From: Flavobacteriales bacterium
GTDB lineage: Bacteria; Bacteroidota; Bacteroidia; Palsa-965
Assembly (NCBI GenBank): GCA_040377305.1
Contig: JBEIPA010000030.1
Location: forward strand, 1-61,675
DNA: 61,675 nucleotides
Reading direction: 5' to 3'
The notes beneath the pieces are model-generated. The model searched no databases and had not been told where the DNA came from. It was given only the letters and a program-made list of their open reading frames with translations. The position numbers were made by a program, and so were the translations under genes. Each line of letters opens with the position of its first letter. The first letter of the stretch is position 1. Shown here one piece after another: positions 9,958 through 21,100 of the stretch.

Positions 9958-10352
9958 TTGCATCTGAACCAAACAAACCTGGACCATCCGCAAGTAAGTC
10001 AATCAGTATTTTACGACTGAAGTGTCCGCGTTGCTACAGGGGAAATTTTTTTGTTTACCGCAACGCATATAATCTTAAACACATGCTGGATATGCCTGAT
10101 CGCTGTCCGGTGTGCAACCAGGATTTCAGAATAGAACCGGGATTTTACAGCGGCGCATTATGGGTGAGTTTCCCGATGGTTGTACTTCTTGGCCTTCCGA
10201 TTTGGATTTTGGTTTTCTTCTTCGTTGATCTCTCCTTCGACATGACGTTTCTGCTGTTCGGAGTAACAATATTGGGACTGCAGCCGGTGATCATGCGGTA
10301 TAGTCGGGCCATCTGGTTGAGCGTATTCGTCAAGTTCGATCCGAAAGCGTGA
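9954..10352 (+). CDS. DUF983-like membrane protein
   Basis: KCPRC...RCPVC...EPGFYSGA plus two TM helices. Confidence 0.8.
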   Translation: MIASEPNKPGPSASKSISILRLKCPRCYRGNFFVYRNAYNLKHMLDMPDRCPVCNQDFRIEPGFYSGALWVSFPMVVLLGLPIWILVFFFVDLSFDMTFLLFGVTILGLQPVIMRYSRAIWLSVFVKFDPKA

Positions 10353-10388
10353 TGCTTTACGTGGCGAGCTAAAATAAAACACAAATAG

Positions 10389-10579
10389 GAACGCGGATAT
10401 TTGTGCACGTATAGTGCTAGTCTTTCATTCGGATCAGCTCGGTGTACAGAAGGTTTGTGAAATCCGATCTTATGAGATAGGCTTGAATTTATCTCATAAA
10501 ATCCAAAACCTAATGTTGATGTTTAGTAGAGACATCCTGGTGGGCGATTAGAAAACAACGGATATAAAAATCCGCGTTC
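10389..10579. repeat. 191-bp element with terminal inverted repeats (family A, copy 2)
   Basis: Perfect 16-bp IR AAATAGGAACGCGGAT (10383-10398) / ATCCGCGTTCCTATTT (10570-10585); same length and conserved blocks as 3280-3470. Confidence 0.82.
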
Positions 10580-11371
10580 CTATTTCTTCACGAGATCGAT
10601 CAGAAAATGATCTGCTTTCTTCGCCAATGTGGGCATGTTGCCAATCGTATTCTCAATCAATGTTAGCGCTTTTAGCAAAGTTGGACGGGTGCGGAAAAAC
10701 GGATCGGTGTATGACGGAGGAATCGTCCAGCCAACGGCTTTTTGAGCTTTCACGTTGAACACATTCGAGGTCATGCGTGCGAACTGATCGGGATTATAGT
10801 AGTATGTCGTGAACGTTTCGCCTTCGATGGTAGTACTTACGCCATTCGTATTTTGACGACGTTTTGCCTGCTCGTACATTTTCTTGCGACGGAAGTACAA
10901 GCTTTCCATTGTGCAATTATCGCCCATGACTACCGCAATGAATCTCCCGTTGGGCCGAAGTAACAGTGAGATTTGTTCAGCGAGTAATTTGATTTCTTTT
11001 TCGGGGATACAATTCAGTCCGCCGAAGTTGGAGAACACAACATCAAACGATCCCGGAAGAAAACGATCACTGATTTGAGAGAACGAGCACACTTCGAATT
11101 CAACGCCAGTAGGGTTCTTCGCTCTTGCTGCGTCAATCATCTGAGCCGAAAGATCAGTAGCCACAACTTTGAATCCTTTCGATGCGAACCACTTTGCATC
11201 TTCACCGGTTCCGCAATTCAATTCGAGTACCCGTGGATATTCCGTGGAATTGATATTTCGCTGAAGATAATTCCACACGCGGTTGCGCTGCAGTCTTCCA
11301 ATCGCTGTGTTGGTAAACTCCTTGTCGTAATTTTGCGCCGCGTTGTTGAATGCCTTCTCAGCTTGCATCAC
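10580..11371 (-). CDS. Class I SAM-dependent methyltransferase
   Basis: VLELNCGTGEDA, FDVVFSNFGGLNC; overlaps the upstream radical SAM gene. Confidence 0.9.
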   Translation of the reverse strand: MMQAEKAFNNAAQNYDKEFTNTAIGRLQRNRVWNYLQRNINSTEYPRVLELNCGTGEDAKWFASKGFKVVATDLSAQMIDAARAKNPTGVEFEVCSFSQISDRFLPGSFDVVFSNFGGLNCIPEKEIKLLAEQISLLLRPNGRFIAVVMGDNCTMESLYFRRKKMYEQAKRRQNTNGVSTTIEGETFTTYYYNPDQFARMTSNVFNVKAQKAVGWTIPPSYTDPFFRTRPTLLKALTLIENTIGNMPTLAKKADHFLIDLVKK

Positions 11372-12812
11372 GTAATCGCTTTAATTTTCTTTTCTCCAGC
11401 CACACGGTAGGGATGTAATAGGCCAATGAACCCGCGCGACGAACATCGCCAGACTTCACTTTTCCGGTGAACAAGTGTTTCAGGCTTTCTACTCCTTGCT
11501 TATGGCGATAGTTCTTGTGTACAAAGCGATGAAGCTGCTTATAGAACTCCGGCGAATAGGTATTCTGAAACATCAACGCAAGGTCATCGCTGTCTGTCCA
11601 GTTTTGTTTCTGTTTCAGTTCTGCCTTTACATTTTCATAGAACTGTGTTCCCGGGAGCGGATATGAAACTGAAATGCCAATATCATCCGGCAAACAGTCG
11701 TTCAGAAGTTCGATAGTCTTCTCAATGTCTTCTGCTGTTTCTCCGGGATATCCGAACTGCAGAAAGAAGGCCGTTTTGATTCCATGCTTCTTCATCAACG
11801 CGTTCGATTTTCGAATTTGATCGATGGTTGTTCCTTTATCCATCGCATCGAGAATTTTCTGCGAACCGCTTTCTGCTCCCATCCACACACAGTCGCAACC
11901 AGAGTCCGCTAATGCAGCTATATAATTCTCTTGTATCAGCAAATCTGCCCGCGATTGAATTTTATAGTTCAGCTGAAGATTGTTTTCCTTAACGAGTTTC
12001 GCAAATTCTACAACCCAGCCCGGAGATAATCCGAAAATGTCATCGCAGAACCAGATGTAATCGAAATTATATTTCTGTTTCAGATGCACAAGTTCATTCA
12101 CCACATTTTGAGGGGAACGTGAATTGTATCGGTTTCCGTAAATTGGTTTAGCGCACCAGTTGCATTTGAATGGACAGCCGCGCGTAGTAGCGCAGTTCAA
12201 TCCGAAATATCCATTGTGTTCCATCCAGATGTTTCGGTAGCGATCCATATCGACAAGGTCCCATGCCGCCATCGGAAGTGAATCCAATTCTTTCATCACA
12301 CTCCGCTTCAGAGTTTCTTTCGTCACACCGAATTCTCTCCACACAACTCCAGGAACTACATTCGGATCGAGTGTGCCATTCGACAACTGCGTTACCAATT
12401 CCAGCAAAGCCATTTCACCCTCTCCTTTGATCACAACATCGGCATGATGATCGAGATATTGTTCAAAATGATCCGTTGAATCGCTGCTATTGGTGAATAC
12501 CGTACACCCACGACGTTTCGCAATGTCCTGCATCCGGAAAGCAGCTTCACGCATATTCGTGAGACACATTTTCGTGAGGTAGTTGAATCCATCGTCGTAC
12601 ACCACGAAAATATCCGGATTGAATTTTTCCAGAAACGGAATTACCTCTTCCGCCGATTCGGAGAATTGTGAATCGAAGAGTTCGACTTCGTGTCCGGCCT
12701 CGCGTAGAACAGCGGCAGCGAGAATCGTTCCCAACGGAGGATAGGGTTGCCCGATGGCCCATTGCTTGGGATCGAAGCGCATGAAATAGGAGTGTGAGAA
12801 GAGGATTTTCAC
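11358..12812 (-). CDS. Cobalamin-binding radical SAM protein
   Basis: YPPLGT, KGEGE, RGCPFKCNWC, FCDD, GAESGSQ. Confidence 0.92.
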   Translation of the reverse strand: MKILFSHSYFMRFDPKQWAIGQPYPPLGTILAAAVLREAGHEVELFDSQFSESAEEVIPFLEKFNPDIFVVYDDGFNYLTKMCLTNMREAAFRMQDIAKRRGCTVFTNSSDSTDHFEQYLDHHADVVIKGEGEMALLELVTQLSNGTLDPNVVPGVVWREFGVTKETLKRSVMKELDSLPMAAWDLVDMDRYRNIWMEHNGYFGLNCATTRGCPFKCNWCAKPIYGNRYNSRSPQNVVNELVHLKQKYNFDYIWFCDDIFGLSPGWVVEFAKLVKENNLQLNYKIQSRADLLIQENYIAALADSGCDCVWMGAESGSQKILDAMDKGTTIDQIRKSNALMKKHGIKTAFFLQFGYPGETAEDIEKTIELLNDCLPDDIGISVSYPLPGTQFYENVKAELKQKQNWTDSDDLALMFQNTYSPEFYKQLHRFVHKNYRHKQGVESLKHLFTGKVKSGDVRRAGSLAYYIPTVWLEKRKLKRLRDAS

Positions 12813-12895
12813 CGGTTAAAGATACGATTCAGTGCGCAGTTGACAGTGTGTCCGGGATTGGAACTGCAGGCTTTCTGAGGCCGATATGGTTGTGA

Positions 12896-13054
12896 TTTAA
12901 TTCAACCCCTTCAGGGTTGCGACGTACGTTCATTTCATTCTCTACCGAAATTCAACCCCTTCAGGGTTGCTTCGTTCAGGAATCCTGAAGGGATTCAATT
13001 TCGGTAGAGATATACGTGCGTGTGAAAGGCAACCCTGAAGGGGTTGAATTTAAA
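12896..13054. repeat. Nested palindromic REP/BIME-like element (family C)
   Basis: AATTCAACCCCTTCAGGGTTGC at 12899 and 12949, inverted copies near 12979-13000 and 13029-13050, plus TCTACCGAAAT/ATTTCGGTAGA arms. Confidence 0.85.
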
Positions 13055-13071
13055 AGCCGCGATCTGGATTT

Positions 13072-14052
13072 TCACGACTTCGCTGTCCACTCCATTACGT
13101 GAGGACGGATCACAACATCGTGTTTATCTTGCAATTCCAATCGCTTCACTTCCAGCTTCGTCAATACAATCCGCTGAAACCCTTGCGGATGATGTTTGGA
13201 TACGTGTTTCCTAGAGCGGAAATCAACTTCAAAATGCGACTCCTTCAAGTGCGGAAACTTCTTCTTCCAGCGACGAAGCGTGATACGGAAGAACTTATCG
13301 TCCATCCATTCTCCGAAACCGCCTTTGAGCATCTTTTCCAGGAAGCGTTTGAAGCTGCCATTGCGGGTTTGCGGTATTTCTGTTCCGTTCAGTGTAGCAT
13401 TTGGATAAAAAATCTTTGCCCATTTGTTTTCAGTCGTGAATTCTGAAAACACATTCACATCGCGCATCGGCTTTGCAAATACAATTTCTGTGGCCGTGAA
13501 CAGATTTCTATCCGGAATCGAAAGATGTGCAGTGTCAACGAAATAGTTCACGCAGAAATATTTCTTCGAATTGAACAGGAACAGCTTCTTGAACATGATC
13601 AGAAATGTTCTTGCAACCCACAACCTGTTCGGCTCGGTGATGATGAAGTAATCAATGTCGCCGTCCTTATCCATGGTTCCTTTTGAAAGAGAACCGCTGA
13701 TGCAGACAGTTCTCACGAATGGAAATCCGGAAATGAATCGCGCCCACTTTTCGGCTTTGGCAGAGTAGAGGAGTGCACGTTTGTTTCGCTCACGACGAAG
13801 ATCAATGTGCTTTTCAGAACCACAGATGTAATAGAATCCGTCGCGGTTACTGACTACACTTTGTTGTTGCAGTTCTTCAATTGCAGCAGCGGTTTCAGAA
13901 AGAGAACATTCTTTCCACTGGCAGTATTGGTGAATTTCGTCGAGCGTGAGCGGGTGTTTGAACACATCGAAATACATCAGCGTGTGCAAAACACATTGTG
14001 CATTGTCGGTTAGTTGTTGCGAAGATGTAAGCTCAGCGGAGAGGTACTTCAT
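13072..14052 (-). CDS. Nucleotidyltransferase-domain protein (Pol-beta superfamily)
   Basis: ISGSLSKG...DGDIDYFII (GS...DxD); possible N-terminal winged helix. Confidence 0.75.
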   Translation of the reverse strand: MKYLSAELTSSQQLTDNAQCVLHTLMYFDVFKHPLTLDEIHQYCQWKECSLSETAAAIEELQQQSVVSNRDGFYYICGSEKHIDLRRERNKRALLYSAKAEKWARFISGFPFVRTVCISGSLSKGTMDKDGDIDYFIITEPNRLWVARTFLIMFKKLFLFNSKKYFCVNYFVDTAHLSIPDRNLFTATEIVFAKPMRDVNVFSEFTTENKWAKIFYPNATLNGTEIPQTRNGSFKRFLEKMLKGGFGEWMDDKFFRITLRRWKKKFPHLKESHFEVDFRSRKHVSKHHPQGFQRIVLTKLEVKRLELQDKHDVVIRPHVMEWTAKS

Positions 14053-14726
14053 GCAGCAGCCGGTTTAGCGTTAATGAAAGATAGAATGTAATTGCGTTCC
14101 CAGCGTATGAGTTTTTCTACACGTTCAATGCAATTCCACCCGTGTTTCTGTGCTGTTGATTTTATCCCGCTGATATCACATTCATCCGAAAGAACCATCA
14201 GCATTTCTGACTTCGGAGAAATGTAAGTAGTTGCCTGCGTGAAGAGCGAATCAAAGTACTCCAGATTTTCTCCGCAATACCAGGCGTGCTCAGCAGCGTT
14301 CTTTGGATTTTTCTTGTAGTACGGAGGATTCACAAGAATATAATCGAATTGACTTTTTGGAACTTCGCTAAACAAATTCGAGAGATAAACAGGAAAGCTT
14401 CGTTTGTTTGCTTCGGCATTCGATTTGGTATTTTCAACCGCTGCCGGATTAATGTCGCATGCACAAACATCCGCACCTTGTTTAGCGCAGAATAGGCTGA
14501 TGAGTCCGCTGCCCGAACCGACTTCAATAACTTTCTTGTTGAGCAAAGGAAGCTTTCGCAGGTAACGCAACAACAACGCAGTGCTGAAGAAAAATCCGGG
14601 ATGAAAAACTTCCGGCTGAACTGTTATACGGATATCACCCCAGCGATAAGTACGTGGAGATTTGAGATACCACTGTACGTATGGTTTCCAGGTTCGGTGA
14701 AGAATTCCTTTAATGATGCGCCTCAT
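14049..14726 (-). CDS. HemK/PrmC-like methyltransferase
   Basis: VFHP, EVGSGSG, VNPPY. Confidence 0.85.
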   Translation of the reverse strand: MRRIIKGILHRTWKPYVQWYLKSPRTYRWGDIRITVQPEVFHPGFFFSTALLLRYLRKLPLLNKKVIEVGSGSGLISLFCAKQGADVCACDINPAAVENTKSNAEANKRSFPVYLSNLFSEVPKSQFDYILVNPPYYKKNPKNAAEHAWYCGENLEYFDSLFTQATTYISPKSEMLMVLSDECDISGIKSTAQKHGWNCIERVEKLIRWERNYILSFINAKPAAA

Positions 14727-14735
14727 GGGCAGAAC

Positions 14736-14918
14736 TTACTTCAACTCGGCCATGTCCATGCCGCACATTGGGCATTCACCGGCAGAATCGTACATCACGG
14801 CTTCGCCCTCACATTTCATCGGGCACTGATAACTTTTTTTTGCTTCTGCATTCGAGCAAGATGAAACGAAAGCAGATGCAGAAATAAGAACTGCGCAGAT
14901 AACCAGAAACTTCTTCAT
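14736..14918 (-). CDS. Small heavy-metal-binding-domain lipoprotein
   Basis: MKKFLV...SSC lipobox; YQCPMKC...GECPMCGMDM; TAACTTTG -7 box upstream. Confidence 0.8.
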   Translation of the reverse strand: MKKFLVICAVLISASAFVSSCSNAEAKKSYQCPMKCEGEAVMYDSAGECPMCGMDMAELK

Positions 14919-15010
14919 GGGTGTGTTTTTTGAGTGTATTCCCAAAGTTAGGCAGCGCAAAAGGAATTTGCTAATGTGCAAAGCCGACAATTTGTTAGTA
15001 ATTCGCGCCA

Positions 15011-16057
15011 CTAAGGGCGGATATACACAAATTCCACCCGGCGGTTGATCGCGTTTTCATCTCCTGCAGGACGAGATTCTGCGTACCATGCAGTCGTAAT
15101 TCGGTTTTCGGCAATTCCCCGATCGACGAGATATTTTTTGACAGCTTCCGCACGACGTCGGGATAAATCGAGGTTGGATTCAACATTACCCACGCTGTCG
15201 GTGTAACCGTTGACGATAATTTTCATCGCTGCGTTTTGTTTCAACTGAGTGACAACCGAATCGAGTGGAGAATGGAATTGCTTTTTGATCACATCCTTGT
15301 CCGTGTCAAAGTAGATGATAGGACGTGTATTTGTCTTGCGTGGAATCGGTGGCCCAGCCGTTGTCGTAAGGGAAAGATCATCCAGAAAGTAGTACGCATA
15401 CGGATCCTGTCCTTTGTTTTTTGGATTGTCGGGAAGAGAAACAGATTGCCAGTAATCATCCAGGTAGCCGAACACGAAGCTGACTTCTCCACCAACCGCT
15501 GTGAAATCAACGGCGAATTCTGTCCAGACATTGACCATAGAGGGACGCGCAGTTCCCGGAATTTCAATTGCCGGATACTTCGGATTGCTTCGTGGATAGT
15601 CGCTTCGTACATCAGCGACTTTAACGTAATTCACATCCCAGAATTCTATTTGCATTTTTGGCATCGCGTACTTTGCTCGTGCACTTATCGCCAGCCAAAT
15701 TGAGAAGTGATAATTTTTACCAGCTATCAAAGGTTCTTTAAGGTTTGCTGCTATATATTCCTTCCACTTCCCACGCTCAATATAAATGCCACCGTACCCG
15801 ACTCCGGAACGCGCTTTCATTTCTTTTCCGAAATATGGTGAGCCGAAATGCTTGTGTTGCCCGTCGGAATTGTAATAATCCGTAGTTCCAGCACCCGGAT
15901 TCCACCAACCGACCACATCATGAACGTCGAACGTATCACTGGGATTCGGTAAGTGATAGGAAGTATCGATAATCTCGAAACCGGGGTTGAGAATGAGGTT
16001 TTGCCCACTGGCAATTGTGGTGAGAAGTAAAAATGCAACTACAAAAAGGCTTTGCAT
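15011..16057 (-). CDS. OmpA-family (peptidoglycan-binding C-terminal domain) protein
   Basis: Signal MQSLFV...SGQNLILNPGFE; IYFDTDK, GYTDSVG...NLDLSRRRAEAVK...NRRVEF. Confidence 0.9.
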   Translation of the reverse strand: MQSLFVVAFLLLTTIASGQNLILNPGFEIIDTSYHLPNPSDTFDVHDVVGWWNPGAGTTDYYNSDGQHKHFGSPYFGKEMKARSGVGYGGIYIERGKWKEYIAANLKEPLIAGKNYHFSIWLAISARAKYAMPKMQIEFWDVNYVKVADVRSDYPRSNPKYPAIEIPGTARPSMVNVWTEFAVDFTAVGGEVSFVFGYLDDYWQSVSLPDNPKNKGQDPYAYYFLDDLSLTTTAGPPIPRKTNTRPIIYFDTDKDVIKKQFHSPLDSVVTQLKQNAAMKIIVNGYTDSVGNVESNLDLSRRRAEAVKKYLVDRGIAENRITTAWYAESRPAGDENAINRRVEFVYIRP

Positions 16058-16153
16058 GGGAAAGTGTATGCGTTCTACGGTGTTTATTCCGCAAATCTTA
16101 CGGAGGTAACTTTCATTGAACACATAATGTTGGAGTACCGGAAAAGATACGGA

Positions 16154-17086
16154 CTAGGAAATTTCCTTCCACGCCAACGCAGCAGCTCCAAGCACCGCCG
16201 CATTCTCGGGAAGTGCAGACAATTCAATGTGAACTTTACCGGCGTAATTCCGGAGCACGTATTCTTCGTAAAATTTCCGTGTCGGTTTGAGAATGGTATC
16301 GCCGGAACGTGCAACACCACCATACAGGTAAATATGGGAAGGACTCGTAATGCACACCATATTCGCTAAAGCAAGACCGAGCTTGCGTGCCGTGGCGTTG
16401 ATAATATCTTGAGCAACTTCATCGCCTTTCGCTGCGGCATCGGCAATTCCTTTTGCAGTTACATCTTTCATGCTTGCAATTCCGCGAATATGTTTGCCTT
16501 CACGCATGGCATCGTGTGCGCTCCAAACAACTCCCGTTGCAGAAACGTAAGTCTCGAGACAACCTTTTCTTCCGCAGCCGCATTGACGCCCGTTTTCTTC
16601 GATGATTACATGTCCGAGTTCTCCAGCGAAACCATCGTGTCCGTAGATTACTTCTCCGTTGACAACGAATCCGCTGCCGAGACCGGTTCCCAGTGTGACG
16701 AGAACAAAGTCTTTCACGAATTTCGCGGCACCGAAAATCATTTCACCTAACGCAGCAGCATTCGCATCGTTGGTGATGTACGAACGTTTGCCCGTTTGTT
16801 TCGTGATGAGTTCTGTAAGCGGAATAATTCCCTGCCACGGCATATTGGGTGCGTGTTCAATGCATCCGGAGAAGTAGTTCGCACTCGGCGCTCCGATTCC
16901 GATAGCGAGAATTTCTTTCCCGCAATAGACTTCACCTTTTTTGATGATCACCGCAATTGCAGAAACGTATGCCTCAACGGTGGCGAACCCCGTCGTTGGA
17001 ATATTTTCATGAAAACGAATGTTGCCGTCTTTGTCAACGATTCCGATTTCGGTATTTGTTCCGCCTATATCTATTCCTGCTACCAT
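16154..17086 (-). CDS. ROK family sugar kinase (glucokinase-like)
   Basis: GIDIGGT, NDANAAALGE, TLGTGLGSG, GELGH, CGCGRKGCLE. Confidence 0.93.
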   Translation of the reverse strand: MVAGIDIGGTNTEIGIVDKDGNIRFHENIPTTGFATVEAYVSAIAVIIKKGEVYCGKEILAIGIGAPSANYFSGCIEHAPNMPWQGIIPLTELITKQTGKRSYITNDANAAALGEMIFGAAKFVKDFVLVTLGTGLGSGFVVNGEVIYGHDGFAGELGHVIIEENGRQCGCGRKGCLETYVSATGVVWSAHDAMREGKHIRGIASMKDVTAKGIADAAAKGDEVAQDIINATARKLGLALANMVCITSPSHIYLYGGVARSGDTILKPTRKFYEEYVLRNYAGKVHIELSALPENAAVLGAAALAWKEIS

Positions 17087-17177
17087 AATTTGATTTGCAA
17101 ATACGCTGATATGCCGATTTGCAGATTGTTGTGCAAGTTATGCAATCAACTAATCAGCATATCTGCAAATCAACTAA

Positions 17178-18176
17178 TCATTTGATGTACGAGTCTGCGT
17201 CTAACAACGAATTTTTCTCGCTCTGATAAAGCGCGTAATTAAATCCCTTCTGTAATCCATACGCACCATGTTCTCCTTTCGGATTGATCGCAAGTATTCC
17301 AACCTGAAAATCTTTGTAGTTCGAATTCGTTTTCACGATCCGTGCAATTGCTTCTTCGCAAGCTTCCTGTGGTGTTGCACCGTGACGCATCATCTCCACT
17401 GCTGTGTGCGACGCGAGCGTGCGTAAAACTGTTTCTCCAAGACCCGTACATGTTGCAGCTCCAATTTCTCCGTCAACAAACAGACCTGCGCCAATAATCG
17501 GTGAGTCGCCCACACGTCCGTGCATTTTCCAGGCGAGTCCGCTGGTTGTACACGCACCTGCGAACGCGCCATCCTGATCAATGGCAAGCATTCCGATTGT
17601 ATCGTGATTTTCAATATTGATGATTGGCTTGTAGTTTTTTTCCTTGAGCCATTCCTTCCACGCTTTGTCAGTGACCGGAGTGAGCTTATTCGGAAGACGT
17701 TTGATGCCGAGCGATTCTGCAAACAATTCTGCACCGCGACCAACGAGCAGGACGTGCGGTGTTTTTTCCATCACGGCTCTTGCCAATGAAATCGGATGTG
17801 GTACACCTTGCACGAATGCAACACAGCCCGCTTTTCCGCTCATGTCCATGATAGATGCATCGAGTGTCACAATTCCATCACGATCCGGATATCCGCCGAG
17901 ACCAACGCTGGTGTTGTTCGGATCAGACTCGCTGTTCATCACACCTTTCTCAACAGCATCAAGAGCGCTACCGCCTGCTTTCAAAGCTTTGATTGCATCT
18001 TCATTCGCAGCAAGACCGTGACTCCATGTGGAAATCACCAAGGGCAATCCCGTTTTACTGTTCGGATTTGTCTTGGTGCCTTTTTCGGAAACTGTGTTGC
18101 TTGCTTTCACAGCGCTTGAAATTCCGATAGCAGCCGTTGCGAGTGCTGATGTTTTGATAAATGTTTTGCGATCCAT
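17178..18176 (-). CDS. Glycosylasparaginase (N4-(beta-N-acetylglucosaminyl)-L-asparaginase), Ntn hydrolase
   Basis: HDTIG autoprocessing site, GRVGDSPIIGAG; Tat-like signal MDRKTFIK. Confidence 0.9.
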   Translation of the reverse strand: MDRKTFIKTSALATAAIGISSAVKASNTVSEKGTKTNPNSKTGLPLVISTWSHGLAANEDAIKALKAGGSALDAVEKGVMNSESDPNNTSVGLGGYPDRDGIVTLDASIMDMSGKAGCVAFVQGVPHPISLARAVMEKTPHVLLVGRGAELFAESLGIKRLPNKLTPVTDKAWKEWLKEKNYKPIINIENHDTIGMLAIDQDGAFAGACTTSGLAWKMHGRVGDSPIIGAGLFVDGEIGAATCTGLGETVLRTLASHTAVEMMRHGATPQEACEEAIARIVKTNSNYKDFQVGILAINPKGEHGAYGLQKGFNYALYQSEKNSLLDADSYIK

Positions 18177-18186
18177 GATCTATAAT

Positions 18187-21100
18187 TTACTTCGTAATAA
18201 TAGTGATTTCATCAGCGAACAGCCATGCAGGTTTTCCGGCACCGGGGTGACCTTTCGGACATGTCTTAACACCAACCGCGTGAAGCCGAATGAAACGTCC
18301 AGTTCCCATTGGACTTAACGCCACTCTGTTTACGTTTGGTCCCGACAATTTTCCGCCCGGTGCTATATAAGTTGCTTTTGAATAGTACACGCTGAACTTT
18401 GACGAGTCATCAGTAATGTCTGCTGAAACGCTGGTTGGTCCAAATATCCACGCATTCTCATCATCGAGAAAACCAACGATAACGGAATCAACATCGGTGG
18501 ATTTTCCAAGATCAATGATAATGTCCATATCAACACCTTCATACCCTTGCCACAATCCGGTTCTGAAATTCGTGTTACCCGTTAGTCCATCAATCAACGC
18601 GCGATCTCCACCAGCAGAATATTGCGGAGCAAATGCGTTGCGGATGGAAATGGATTTCCAAGGTGGTGCTTTGTAAAAGTGAGCTTCGACCGTGTCACTG
18701 TAAATTTGACCGGTGGTCAATGTTCTTATGTTAAAATCGGACCCGTTACTCGTAAAGAACTCTGTCTTGAAAGTATTCCCGACAGAGAACATTCTGATTT
18801 CTGAGTTTTCCTTTATTGCAACTGGTGAAGAGTAAAGTTTGAATTCACTTCCGTTCAAACTCCAATAAATTTTGTTCTCTGAAAAAAGAGTTTTCATTCC
18901 TAATGAAATTCCTTCGACGAATGTTCGTGAAGTCACACCTGTAATCCATGGCGCAGAAACATCTCCTACATTTTCAACGTATCTATTAAACTCCTTTGCT
19001 GGCGGCGCAGTATCTGTTTTCGAAATATCGATATGACCACCTTGCATAATCTCACGGTGATACAGGAATGGGTAATCATACATCGAATTGGTTTTCCTAT
19101 CGACAACCTGCATGTAAGGAAAGTCGGAATCTGCATTCAACGCCCAGATTTTATAATCATTTCCATTCTCAATGTGAAATGTTGCAGCTGGAAATTGTGG
19201 AGAACCAAAATGATATTTTGGATTACCGGGTGTGATTTGATATATCCCGCACGAACTCAAAACATACCATGCACTCATTTGTCCGCAATCTTCATTGCCG
19301 CATAGTCCATCTGGTTGATCTGTGTATAACGAGTTGCAGATTTGATGGATTAATTCCTGCGTCTTGTAACCTTGTTCGATCTGGGTGTACAAATAGGCCA
19401 TGTGATGACTAGGCTCATTGCCGTGCGCATACTGCCCAATCAGCCCAGTAATGTCGGCCTGGTCCCGGCCTGACGTGTTCGATGAAGTATGAAAAAGAGA
19501 ATCCAAATGGTTCTCATAATTTTTCCACCCCATTATGTGCGCTTGACTGAGAGGGGACTGTTGAACAGCCAGACTGTATTGCCACGCGTTTGCTTCTGTA
19601 TAATTATTGTTTACCTCGTACGGATTAAAGGGCGAAAAGAATGAGTTGTTCATTCTCGCTTGCATGAATCCTGTTTCCGGGTTGTAAACATTTTGCCAGT
19701 TTGCACTTCGACGGAGATAATAGTTCATGCCAACACTATCATTCATTTTCTCAGCACATAAGGAAATACACCAATCATCATACGCATACTCCAACGTCCG
19801 CGAAACGGATTCACTTTCATTCTCTGCTGGAATAAATCCATACTTGCGATAGTCTTCCAGTCCGAAGCGATTTTCCATTGCTGATGCTTTCATCGCTTCA
19901 TAAGCAAGTGCAGTGTCGTACCCGGTAATCCCTTTCATCCACGCATCCGTAATCACCGACACGCTGTGATACCCAATCATACAATCCGTTTCATTAGACG
20001 ACAATTCCCACACGGGCAATCGTCCGCTCTCCTGGTAAATCTGCAAAAACGTATTGATGAAATCGTTCGTGCGTTTTTGTTGAACGATGGTGAATAGCGG
20101 ATGAAGCGCGCGATATGTGTCCCACAAGGAGAACACAGTGTATCGCTGATGTACCGTATCGCGATACACTTTGTGATCCATGCCCTGATATTCTCCATTC
20201 ACATCGCAATACACGTTCGGAGCAATGAAACAGTGATAAAGTGCGGTGTAGAAAATACGCTTCTTCGTTTCATCCGCTGTTTCGATTTCAATGCAGGACA
20301 ATTCGGAATTCCAGTGCTGTTCTGTTTTCTCGCGGACTGCATCGAAATTCATGCCGCCGGTTTCAACGTCCATATTCAGTTTGGCGTTTTCCCAACTCAC
20401 GGGTGACAATGCAACTTTTACTTCGACCTGCTCACTTGAAAAGGAGAAGATGGCTTTGAGATCTTTCGCTGTTGAAGAATCTGCCACGAATGTTTTCCCT
20501 TCACTCCAAAACTCATGAGTGAATGGTTCTGAAAATTCTGCATAAAACCATAACTGCTGATTCGTTGCCCATGCTTTTGAGAAGCGTTTTCCGCGGATGG
20601 TGTGATCGTCAATGATTTCGATTTCGCATTCCAGAACTTCGTCGCGGTGACTCATGTCGAGAATGATCCACGGTTCATCATAATGGTAAAAGTTGTACCG
20701 GTGAACTCCTACACGTGGTGAAGCGGTCATTTCGCACATAATTCCCTTGTCGAGTTTCACAGAGTAATACCCCGCTTCTGCGGTTTCATTAGCGTGCGAG
20801 TACGATTGACGATAGCCGATTTCATCACTATTTGTATCGGCACCACTTGAATATGACTTGTTCACAATACCCGGCATGAGCATGATGTCTCCGTAATCAC
20901 TGCAGCCGGTTCCGCTCAGGTGCGTGTGTGAGAATCCGTAAATGATATTATCGTCGTGGTGATAACCGGAACAACCATCCCAACTTCCATCAACACGTGT
21001 GTCGGGACTGAGCTGCACCATTCCAAACGGAGCTGTTGCACCTGGAAATGTATGTCCGTGTCCGCCGGTGCCAATGAATGGGTCTACATACTGTGCAACA

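Noticed and set aside
6980-12812. bchE or hpnP assignment for the radical SAM genes
   Set aside because: No photosynthesis or hopanoid context; only the family-level call is supportable
14736-14918. Small Cys-rich protein as a radical SAM RiPP substrate
   Set aside because: It has a lipoprotein signal and a standard heavy-metal-binding CPM..CPxCGM motif; the radical SAMs show no evident RRE or SPASM features
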